In this document: positions 11,301-20,000 of the stretch, in pieces
Layout of the letters: every line of letters starts with the position of its first letter
How positions within the stretch are numbered: position 1 is the first letter of the stretch
From: Fimicolochytrium jonesii
Lineage: Eukaryota
Assembly: GCF_025526975.1 (NCBI RefSeq)
Contig: NW_026515668.1
Span: 2,224,514 to 2,244,513 of the forward strand
Direction: 5' to 3'
Length of the DNA stretch: 20,000 bases
The notes under the pieces: model-generated
Databases searched by the model: none
The model's input: only the letters and a program-made list of their open reading frames with translations
Told to the model about the DNA's origin: nothing
Made by a program: the position numbers and the translations under genes

Positions 11301-11991
11301 GGGAGACTGAAATCTCGTCTTGATGGATACGGATCAGAGGTTCAGGGGTTTTTGAGGGCTTCGGGCTAGGTTCTATTGGCAGGGCATCCCAGGAGGCGTA
11401 TTGTCCAAAACCGCAATGGCAGCGGACGCAAAGAGTGCGAGTCTTCCAGTGTAGCTCCACATCATGGAGCTCAAACCAGGGAAGCCCCAGGATGATTGGC
11501 GCATGCGGGGAACATGTCACATGGAATACCACCTCCTCAAAATGGTCGTTGACCCACATGCCCAAAGGTTGGGTGTGATGGGTAATGGAGCCCGCATGGC
11601 TGGGACGTCCGTCAACCAGTTCAAGCGCAATGGGTTCCTCCTTCTTGACAAGTGGGATGCGGTGCTTGCGAGCATAACTTTCGTCGATGAAGCACGACAT
11701 CGCACCGGTGTCGAGTAGTGCTGAAAGCTGAACTGGAGCTCGCTGGGCCGATATCTGCAGGGTAACAGGGTACTCGAATGGTGAGGATGGGCCCAAAGTC
11801 CGCATGGGTGAGGGTATCTCAGATAGGAGATTGGCATTGTTGGTGGTCAGGAGAAGGGTGTTGCTGGAGATGCCAGGATCGGAGCAAGGTTTTGTGGCTT
11901 CTCCCTTGGCAGTACTTGCGTGGTGAGAAAGCCCAGGACAGGTGTTGCCCAGCTGCTCGGCCTTTACTGCAGCTGGACTTGGGCAAAATCC
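8320..11991 (-). pseudogene. pol: Inner pol: protease, RT, RNase H (C-terminus deleted), integrase, chromodomain
   Basis: ORFs 9814-11805, 9279-9785 (5' part) and 8320-9621. Motifs LLDTGA, YLDD, SDASD, HHCC (HDTRLAGH...CDVC), MDFI/SDRG/QTER, GPF and chromodomain. About 182 nt are deleted relative to the outer pol at about 9850, and 1 nt at about 9665. Confidence 0.93.
11928..11991 (-). promoter_or_regulatory. Predicted -1 programmed ribosomal frameshift signal of inner element
   Basis: G GAT TTT in the gag frame (11991-11985), 6-nt spacer, 10-bp stem GTCCAGCTGC/GCAGCTGGGC, and a loop that can pair with downstream GGGCTTT. The pol (-1) frame is open from 12009. Confidence 0.75.
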
Positions 11992-12892
11992 TGGATGGGT
12001 GCAGGTTCCTTAACCGCGACATTCGCCGTGCGTATCTTGTTCGGGCAGAGTTTGGCTATGTGGCCAGGTTTACCACAGTAGAGGCAAAGTTTGTTTGTGA
12101 TGCGGTGTTGGCGCTCTAGCGGTGTGAGGGGTCCTCGCGGACGAGCAGCGTCAATGATCATAGGGTCGTCTGGGCGGTTGTCGGGGCTCATGAGGGTGGG
12201 GCTAGTGGTAACTGGCACATATGGCTGTCGGTTCCTGCTTCGCTCTAGACGGCGCTCAAACAATCGGGTGTCACATTGGATGGCCTGTTCCATCACGGTG
12301 TCGATTGAGGCGGTAGGGGGCCATCGTGAGCATTAAGTCCTTGACGTCTTCTTTGAGGCCGCGACGGAAGGTGGCAATCAATGCCTGGTCATTCCACGAC
12401 ACATCGCATTGCAGCTGTCGGAATTCAGCTACATACTCTGTTGCTGCACGGGTTTGTCGAAGGTTCTGGAGCTTGTTTTCGGGTGTGCGGGATCCTGTCG
12501 CTGTCTCCAAAGACTGCTTGCATTTGCTGGATGAAATCATCCAGGTTCGTAAGGGAATGATGGTCTTGTTCGACAAGGGGCGCCAGCCAGGCCTGGGCGG
12601 TGCCAGTGAGGTAGGTGCCAATAGTTCGTATCTTGGTCTGATCGTTGGGGTAGCGCCTGGGTTGGAGGGCGAACATGAGCCGGATCTGGTTGAGGAACCC
12701 ACGGAACTTGCTTCGGGTGCCATCAAATTTGTCTGGGAGACTGATTTTGGGTTCGGGGGCGTGGGTGGCAGGGGCAGTGGTCTGGGTTTGCGCTAGTTCG
12801 GCTTGTAGGGTGGTATTCTGTGCTCGAAGTTCGTCGATCGCATTGCACATGGCTTGCCAGGCTTCGGCCGTGAGGGGAAGGGCGTCGGACAT
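11964..12892 (-). pseudogene. gag: Inner gag with two +1 frameshifts (about 12490 and 12321)
   Basis: MSDALP...PEPKISLPDKFDGTRSKFRGFL...YVAEFRQL...CLYCGKPGHIAKLC spread over ORFs 12425-12892, 12271-12726 and 11964-12296; colinear with the outer gag. Confidence 0.92.
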
Positions 12893-12931
12893 GGTGATTT
12901 GGCGTGGAGGTACAGCGGCTGGGGGTTGTTG

Positions 12932-12941
12932 AGCAGATCAA
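12932..12941 (-). other. Primer-binding site of inner element (self-priming type)
   Basis: Minus strand TTGATCTGCT 2 nt after the 5' LTR, complementary to AGCAGATCAA inside the LTR (13067-13058); no TGG tRNA-type start. Confidence 0.85.
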
Positions 12942-12943
12942 AC

Positions 12944-13473
12944 TGTTATGAATGGGCGGAGCCGATGGAAATAGAGGCGGCTTGGGGTGCAGGTTGTTGA
13001 CAGGTAATGGTATTCAGACCGAAACAAGAACTAGAACAAGACTAGGAAGAACTGGTGTTGATCTGCTGGGGGATCAGGAAGTGGGGAGCTCAGGGGAGGC
13101 GGCTATTTATGTTTTTCTGGGAAGGCTGGGGAAGCGTGGGGAAGCAGAAGGGTACGGAATGAGAGGGAAGCCAAGAGAAGCGCCAAGGGTGGGGAAGCAT
13201 AGAAACAGAAGACTGGGGATGGGGTGGCTACGCTGAGGCTGTGGGCGGGTACGTGGGGAAGTATGGAGAAGGGTTTGTAAGCGCCGAGTGTTGGGAGGTG
13301 TGGCTACATGCGGCTGCGTGGAGAAATGAAGGCAGTGGCAGGTGTGGGGTAGCGCGGCTGCGTGCGGCTGCGAGGTTTGGCAGATGTCAGGTTTTGACAG
13401 GGAATTGACATTGACTGACTGTTGGGATGCTGTCATGAGGTAAGCGCATGGTATGGACGCGTTGTCCATAACA
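12944..13473 (-). repeat. 5' LTR of inner element
   Basis: Direct repeat of 7778-8307; TATA-like CATAAATA at 13111-13104 on the minus strand. Confidence 0.97.
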
Positions 13474-14222
13474 GTATGGGGAACTGGGAAGGTCTGGCGG
13501 GTTTTCTTTCGTTCCAGGCGGCGCTCAAACAGTCGGTTATCGCACTGGATAGCCTGCTCCATCACCGTATCAATGGTGGCAGCAGGGGGCATCGTGAGCA
13601 TCAGATCCTTGACGTCCTCTTTGAGGTCACGGCGGAAGGTAGCAATCAGGGCCTGGTCATTCCAGGAGACATCGCATTGCAGCTGGCGGAACTCGGCGAC
13701 GTACTCGGTGGCTGCACGGGTTTGGCAAAGGTTCTGGAGCTTGTTCTCGGAGGTGCGGACCCTGTCGCTGTCTCCAAAGACCGATTGCATCTGACTGATA
13801 AAACTATCGAAGTCCTGAAGGCTGTGATCTTGGCGTTCGACTAGGGGCGCCATCCAGGCTTGCGCAGTGCCGGTGAGGTAGGTGCCAATAGTTTGGATCT
13901 TGATGATGTCGCTGGGGTAGCTGTCGGGCTGGAGAGCAAACATCAACCGGATGTTGTTCAACCACCCACGGAATTTGCTGCGGGTACCATCAAACTTCTC
14001 GGGCAAGCTGATTCTTGGCTCTAGAGCAGGGTTGGTGACTTGGGGACGGGTGTACGTATCGGCTTGAACCTGGGCGGCGATGCTCTGGGCAGCTTGTGCG
14101 TTGGCTTGGGCTTGCGCTAGGTTGGCCTGCAAGTTGGCGTTTTGGCTTTGCAAGGCGGCGATGGCTTGGCACATATCGTTCCATTGCTTGGCGGTGAAAG
14201 GTACGGATTTGGGTTGGGACAT
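13474..14222 (-). pseudogene. gag: Outer gag, 5' part
   Basis: MSQPKSVPF...EPRISLPEKFDGTRSKFRGWL...QTFPVPHT, then reads into the inner LTR. Confidence 0.92.
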
Positions 14223-14279
14223 GGCGAAAAAGGTTTGTCAGATGCAGGGCTGGACAGGTTCTGAACTTCGCAGTGTTGG

Positions 14280-14289
14280 AGCAGATCAA
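14280..14289 (-). other. Primer-binding site of outer element (self-priming type)
   Basis: Same TTGATCTGCT, complementary to LTR positions 14427-14418. Confidence 0.85.
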
Positions 14290-14291
14290 AC

Positions 14292-14842
14292 TGTTATGAT
14301 CTCGACGACGGGGGCGGAAGTGAAGTAGAGAAGACAGGGCGAGTGTGATAGGCGACAAGAGATTGTATTGGCGAAGCAAGAAACAAGGACTAGAACAGGA
14401 GGTGAGAAGAACTGGTGTTGATCTGCTGGGGAGGAAGGGAATGGACGAAGAGAGGCCGGCTATTTATAGATAGGCAACCCAGCAGATCAGAGAACAACAA
14501 CAACAGAGGGGACTGGGGGGGCGCCAGCTATGCTCCTAGAGCGTGCGTGGCGAGCGTAGAGAGCATTGCTACAGCTGCTGGCTATGGGGAAGTAGTGGGG
14601 GGTGTGGAGAAGCCGAGGGGGGCATTGGCAAAATGAGAGGAGAGAGGAGGAGTGGCGATATTGCAAGAGGATTGGCAAAATGAGAGGAGAGAGGGGGAGT
14701 GGCATTGACATTGACATTGACACTGACATTGACACTGACATCGACACTGACATTGACATTGACATTGGCGTTTGACATTTGGCGGTTGACATTGGCGGCT
14801 GTCAGTAGGTAAGCTTATGGTATGGGCGCGTCGTCCATAACA
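14292..14842 (-). repeat. 5' LTR of outer element (551 bp)
   Basis: Homologous to 3083-3625 with roughly 25-30 differences by eye; TATAAATA at 14468-14461 on the minus strand. Confidence 0.95.
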
Positions 14843-15595
14843 GATCATCAGAATAAATACTTTCTCGCAGTCGTCCATGTGATCTTGTATGAATTTGTGG
14901 ATATTGGGCTTCACTTGTGTCTCGTCTCGATCTTTCGATCCTTTGATACCGGTGTCATTGACATATACGCTGACAATGTCGGGCTTGAGGGATTTGAAAC
15001 TTTACCGACTACGCGTTGAAATTGAGCAACTGAATTGGTTCCTCCTTGAGGCAGTCGGGTGAGTCGGCATAATCCAAACGGGGTAAGCATAGCGGTAAGA
15101 TCTCTTGATTTGGGGTGCAGGGGTACTTGGTCATATCCGGAGTACATGTCGGCCATAGATAAAATTGAACGTCCAGCAAATTCTTCAGCGAAACCTTCAG
15201 CGATCGGCGCGCATCCAGCATATTGTATGGTTACACTGTTGAGCATCTGTACATCTTGTACAAATTGATATGTTCCGTTCTTTTTGGGTACTAAGAACCA
15301 GGGATTTTGGGAGGGTCCAAATGAGGGTTCCAACAGTCCTGCGTCGCGTTTCGTACGGAGTAGGTCTGTGGCAATTTTTGTCAATCGCGGAGGTAGTCGA
15401 TGGGGTTTCACCATCCAGGGTGTGGGCGGAATCGTGTGATCTTGACAGGTTCTTCAATATGCAGCTTCAATGTTCCTCTTTCGCTGTCGTCGAAAGCAAA
15501 AGCCATATCGTATTTGCGTAATAGTCATAAGAACGCAGCTCGCTCTTGGGTAGTCAATGGTGCCCGAAGTCACGAAACGCGAGTCAGGTTGTTGA
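14843..15595 (-). pseudogene. Decayed reverse transcriptase fragment of a different Gypsy-like lineage, cut by the outer LTR
   Basis: YDMAFAFDDSERG, then PWFLVPKKNG...QDVQMLN...DMYSGYDQVPL...TPFG...LPQGGTNSVAQFQ, then YVNDTGIKG (YxDD decayed to YVND). Contains frameshifts and an in-frame TGA; the right boundary is approximate. Confidence 0.85.
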
Positions 15596-16220
15596 CGTTC
15601 CTAAATAAACCGCTAGATCGTCCATCCACCGATCGATTTCAAAAGTATTATAAGTAAGTGATTTCCAGTTTCTTTGAATTGAGTCTCAAGAATTAGTAAC
15701 TGCGCATACAGGGAAAGTGGTAGACTATGTCCGTCGGTGAGCGCGTTTACTTCTTTGCCATACAAAATTCGATTATCCCAGCCATCCAGCCAATCAATCC
15801 GATTGTCAGCTAATAAAGTATGTGATAAAGGGACCTCTGGGTACTTCCAGGCGCTTCTTCACCCATGTGCAACAACAAGTGTCGATCGATGAGATCGTGC
15901 TGTGCCGGCTCGGCGTCGTACGGAGGGGCTTCAACATCAACGGAGGAGGAAGACGCGCTGACTGGCTTTTCAGCAGCCGGCTCAAGAACATTCCACTCAT
16001 TATGCGTATCGAAATGATCAACGAGAAGTCGGAGTCGATCGGCTCGCTCGGAGGCACATCCCAGCATCTGAACCATGGTGTTCCAACAAGCACAGGGCAT
16101 TGACCGTTTTGCGTTCGTAATTCCAATCGACCAAACAAACCCCAGCTGGCGTGTCTGACAAATATCCATATATTGCTTCATTTATATCTGCCCTTTGATA
16201 CTCGATATACAAGGGTGCAC

Positions 16221-17602
16221 TCATATCCTCAAGCCTTTCGTCAAGTGCTTCACAGCCTTCACGTATATCATAGCAAATCTCCCGTGGAAGACCGGGATAC
16301 AGTACGCCAATTGCGTCGTAACGACATAACCGAGATTGTAAGCGTCCCCATCGTCGACCATGAACAGGTTACCGACGAGCAAGAGAATCGCGCCCAAGAA
16401 GGTGAATAAAACGAGGAATATGATTCCGATGGTGCTTCGTCGCAGGAGGAGGGCTACTTTCGCTTCGGTGAGGAGCTTGGTACGAAGAGGTCTGACACCA
16501 CCTGGCAGGCGGTTCAGTTTGAAGGTAGAATTGTTGTCCGCGGTCGGTTGAAGCCTGGATTCAGACTGCGACCACAGGCTAGCGGATGGTCCAACGCCTG
16601 TGGGCACGCGAGGTATTCGAGAAGTGGAGGGATCGCTAGAAGCGGGGGGCATGCCTGCCGGCACGCGAGGTGATTTTGAGGCCGAGTTCTCTGGGGGTGT
16701 GAGTTTGGCTTCCCCAAGGTCCTCAAACAAGGTCGGTGTTTCTTGTTGAAGCACCGCAAACGCAACCCCAGTGGGATCAACTAAGCCCGTGGACCCATCT
16801 GGGGTCCAAAGTGCACTGCGGGACTGCTGAGGGTGTTGTAGACCTGATGTCTGCGGTTTTCTGGCGGGCTGTTGAGGTTGTGGGGTGCCGTTATTCGGCA
16901 AAGCACCTTTCCGGTCTCGAAGAGTATTGCGGAGACGGAAATAGAGCAGGGAGGATACCGTAACGTCGGCGATGAGGAGGTAGACGTCCCAAGCAAAGAT
17001 CAGGAGAACGCCGTTGATCTGATCGCTCGAAGGTTCCCATGAAGGAACGCCTGTGCGTGTCTGGATAAGGGCAACTATTTGTGCAAAGCACACCCAACGT
17101 CAGCCTGAACTCCAATCCCAAGAGCAAAAAACACATGCAAACCAATCTCTGGATGCTCACCAAGATCGAAAATACCACACGGAAGAGCAGTGATGCACCA
17201 GATAGCGCCGGTCACCCACATCAGTATCGGCAGCCACTTTGTTCCAAACTTTCTATTCAAAACTCCATAAACCTTTCCATATCGTCTGATCACGAATCCA
17301 GCGTACAATCCCGTCAACGACAGATACGACCAGTCATTGATTATCAGCAACACTCTGTATCCATACGTATCCGGCTTCAAAGTGATAAAGGCGACGAAGA
17401 AAAGGTTGCTCAATTGGTAGACCCAGAGGAGGACATGCATGTAGGTGAAGATGTGGTCAAACGACAGGTAGTTCCCATGGGTTTTGCGACGAAGGCCTCG
17501 CACGCATTGATACAGGGTCCAGCTTTGCACGAGAATGCCCGTAATTTGGATGAGAAAGCCGGCAACGTAAACGTTGGCAGATGGTGGTGTTCCCGTGTCC
17601 AT
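16221..17602 (-). CDS. Putative seven-transmembrane GPCR-like protein, about 423 aa; exons 17602-17161 and 17050-16221
   Basis: A phase-1 intron GTGAGC...CACAG (17160-17051) joins ORFs 17075-17602 and 16221-17093 in frame. Seven hydrophobic segments, IRRY after TM3, and a long Ser/Pro-rich loop between TM5 and TM6. Confidence 0.7.
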
Positions 17603-18453
17603 GTCGGGCTGGTGTAGGTCACTTGGTATAGACGGCCTGGTATGGAACTGACTTTCTCGAACGAATGCAAGTTTGAAAGACCTCCGTGTCGCCGACGGGC
17701 AAAATTATATCATCATCGTCTTGGAGAGACTTTCACCAGCGTTGCCGCGGCATATAACGCCCTTTTCAATGGTACCATTGTTTAAAAGAGGTACCACAGT
17801 TTCGTTGCTGGTTATAACGCCTGGGTCGGCACACGAAAGAGTAACTAAATGCAGTTCTGCTCCCCCGAACGCCTCGAACGCCTCGAACGCGTTTTCGTTG
17901 GCCAGATCTAGATTGGCTTAAGGTTGCGGCATGGTTTTTCGACAGCGTAGTGGCTGCTGACAAATGTAAGGCCGCGCCAGCGTGAGGGTCTCTATTTGTC
18001 TAGCCGTACCGGATGAATAACAACGTGCGTCCTCTTGCTTCTTGCAGAGCTTATAGCTTCCCATATCAAAACGCTAACCTACAGTGCAATTACACACCTT
18101 GTAAAGCCAGTTGGATATAGAGGGTACCGTAAACTCAGGAAAGTAAGGGAAGCCTATAGTAAGCACCGGCTGATCGTGCCGAGAAAACCATGCCCGTCGG
18201 ACTCGAACGATCCGTTGCGATGAAACGGCGGTGGCGACGAACGATACCCGATTGCTTTTCTTTTTTCCTGAATATTCCACTCCATACTCTCCGGAGGTAA
18301 AGGCCTTATTATCGTTCATCTTTGGCATCCAGGCATCGATTTTCTCCTCAACCTTGTTCTTGTTCGCGCGCAACATGGCGACCTCTCTGTTTCAGGGGCG
18401 GCGATATCCATTGCTTGCACGATAGGAGTGACATCATGTAACGTCTCCGTCAT

Positions 18454-18918
18454 TCAAACGAGATCGTCCCGATTAGGAAGGAAATAGGGTAACTGGAAAC
18501 GAGAAAGGCTCAGGATAGTTGCCTTCTGTTTAGCGAGATGTCTCCAGATGATCTCTATGCAGGATCTGTCCACTCCGGTGGGAGGGTCCGGCAACGCGTA
18601 GAAGGGAATGACATCGCCGTGTAGGCCTTTTCTCTGGATATGAAAGCAGTCGATTTCTGGAAAGGAATCTGTATTCCGGAGATCTTTCCAGAAGCCGTCG
18701 GTGTGAAGGAAGGTAAATGGCCGGGACTCGGTAGCATCGAAGATGTGAATTAGAAGATCCTTTCGAGTGCTGCTGTAATTGAAAACATGTCTCACTCCAT
18801 CCAAGCCGAGTTGTATGTCTTTCTTCATGCAGGTCTTCTCCCATCGCGGCAAGAGTCCTTGACGGGCAGAGAAGACGAATTGGAGTTCGTAGTCATTGTT
18901 GTTGAGGATACGGGCCAT
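18454..18918 (-). CDS. Hypothetical protein; possibly one exon of a gene continuing into 18074-18376
   Basis: 154-aa ATG-initiated ORF of globular composition; no recognisable motif and splice structure unresolved. Confidence 0.35.
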   Translation of the reverse strand: MARILNNNDYELQFVFSARQGLLPRWEKTCMKKDIQLGLDGVRHVFNYSSTRKDLLIHIFDATESRPFTFLHTDGFWKDLRNTDSFPEIDCFHIQRKGLHGDVIPFYALPDPPTGVDRSCIEIIWRHLAKQKATILSLSRFQLPYFLPNRDDLV

Positions 18919-19257
18919 GATATTGTTTGTTGCTTGATGATGTTGTGTGATCTATTGAGGCGGTTATATTTCGATCCGAGTCTTTTATGTTCTGAAACGC
19001 AGGCCGCTTTACCGATAAACAGTTCCATGATTTCCGCGCGCATTCACGGAATGCATTTTTGAGTCCGTATCGCGCGTCGCAATGTACGTAGTAGGTACAA
19101 TGAAATGCGCGTGGGCGCGATGTGTGTGAGTCACACTATGTTTCTATAAGCGTTTCTGGCCTTACGTTACTGGCCTTCACAGTACACGCCTCCCATCGTA
19201 CACCACATATGATCCCATATGAATGGACGCGCCAATGCGCGCAATTTAACAGGGAAT

Positions 19258-19473
19258 TCGATTTTGATTAGTACGCGTTTAACAATTCATTAGGAGCATC
19301 GATTTTTCAATTTTGATTAGAAGGCGTTTAACAATTGATTAGGAGCATCGATTTTTCAAATTTTTATGGCAGTAGATTAGTCGATCGATTTAGATTGGTC
19401 GATTTTGATTAGAACGCATTTAACGATTGATTAGGAGCATCGATTTTTCATTTTTTTAATGGCAGTAGATTAG
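19258..19473. repeat. AT-rich array of three 49-bp units
   Basis: ATTTTGATTAG.A.GC.TTTAAC.ATT.ATTAGGAGCATCGATTTTTCA at 19261, 19310 and 19402; units 2 and 3 are both followed by ATGGCAGTAGATTAG. Confidence 0.85.
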
Positions 19474-20000
19474 CCTCATGATTAGCTTCCACGTGCTCCC
19501 CCAATGAAAGGATGTCATATATAAGAGAGACTGCACACGCTTCCCCTCACGCTTTCCCCTATGCTTTCCACAGCACTTTTACGCCATCTTCGACACATCA
19601 CACACACATCACACATATCTCTTCTCTCCTTTGCAACGCCACACTCTGTAAGTAAGCTGAGGGTTATTGTGTTTTTGAACCAGAAGGGCCGGAATGCGTC
19701 GAAAAACGGCGTTATCCTCAGCTTGTTTGTTTTTCGACAGCTTCCTGACTGGCGTGACTGACGTTTGTTCGAAAGTAGGTATACCAACACCCACTCAGCA
19801 CCCCGCCCTCATCGTGAGTATGGCTTCCTCTTCGGCGACAGGAAAGGGACCCAACGACAACGGGGAGGGGGACGTGGGGTTGGCCATGTACGACCTGTCA
19901 GAAATGCACTGACAATGGGGGCAGGAGGAGACGGAGACGACGATCGCCGTATTCCGCTACCTCTGGATTTTATACGACCCAGTCGTTGTTACCCGCGTGG

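Larger units (their letters stand above)
7778..13473 (-). mobile_element. Inner (nested) Ty3/Gypsy chromovirus, 5696 bp, with 5-bp TSD GTATG
   Basis: 530-bp LTRs with only 3 differences; GTATG at 7773-7777 and 13474-13478; PBS, PPT, gag and pol all present. Confidence 0.97.
3083..14842 (-). mobile_element. Outer Ty3/Gypsy LTR retrotransposon (chromovirus), interrupted in gag by a nested element; probably recombinant
   Basis: Two related LTRs with TGTTATG...CATAACA termini, PBS at 14280-14289, PPT at 3626-3640, and domain order gag, PR-RT-RH-IN-chromodomain. Flanks ACCTC and GATCA do not form a TSD. Confidence 0.93.

Noticed and set aside
13107..14222. 371-aa ORF as a complete gag
   Set aside because: The last ~120 aa are read-through into the inserted LTR; the true gag end is at 7523-7777.
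15806..16181. Short overlapping ORFs between the RT remnant and the 7TM gene
   Set aside because: No recognisable motif and no supportable gene model; could be a gene fragment.
16221..17602. Opsin
   Set aside because: No lysine within predicted TM7 and no opsin motifs.
1370..19473. Left and right repeat arrays as the two ends of one giant element
   Set aside because: The spacings are similar (93 and 92 bp) but there is no sequence similarity in either orientation and no TIR or TSD was found.
19258..19473. CRISPR-like array (also considered for 1370-1745)
   Set aside because: No unique, regularly sized spacers, no cas genes, and a eukaryotic context.
19820..20000. Possible plus-strand gene start (MASSSATGKG...)
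   Set aside because: Too short, with ambiguous splicing; cannot be supported from this window.

Overview
Eukaryotic, intron-containing DNA, most likely fungal; an early-diverging lineage is plausible but cannot be shown from this window. Left to right: (1) a spliced HIS6 gene (minus strand, 3' end off-window); (2) a short repeat array; (3) a truncated, frameshifted HECT-like E3 ligase remnant; (4) two related Ty3/Gypsy chromoviruses nested in the same (minus) orientation. The inner one (7778-13473, 530-bp LTRs, GTATG TSD) sits inside gag of the outer one (3083-14842). (5) A decayed RT fragment of a different Gypsy lineage; (6) a two-exon 7TM GPCR-like gene; (7) a hypothetical gene and an AT-rich repeat array. 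Both chromoviruses appear to self-prime in the Tf1 manner, since their PBS is complementary to their own predicted transcript start rather than to a tRNA. Both carry a predicted -1 gag-pol frameshift signal. The outer element has no TSD, has divergent LTRs and cuts two unrelated genes at its two ends, which points to an LTR-mediated rearrangement or a misassembly. All alignments and counts were done by eye.
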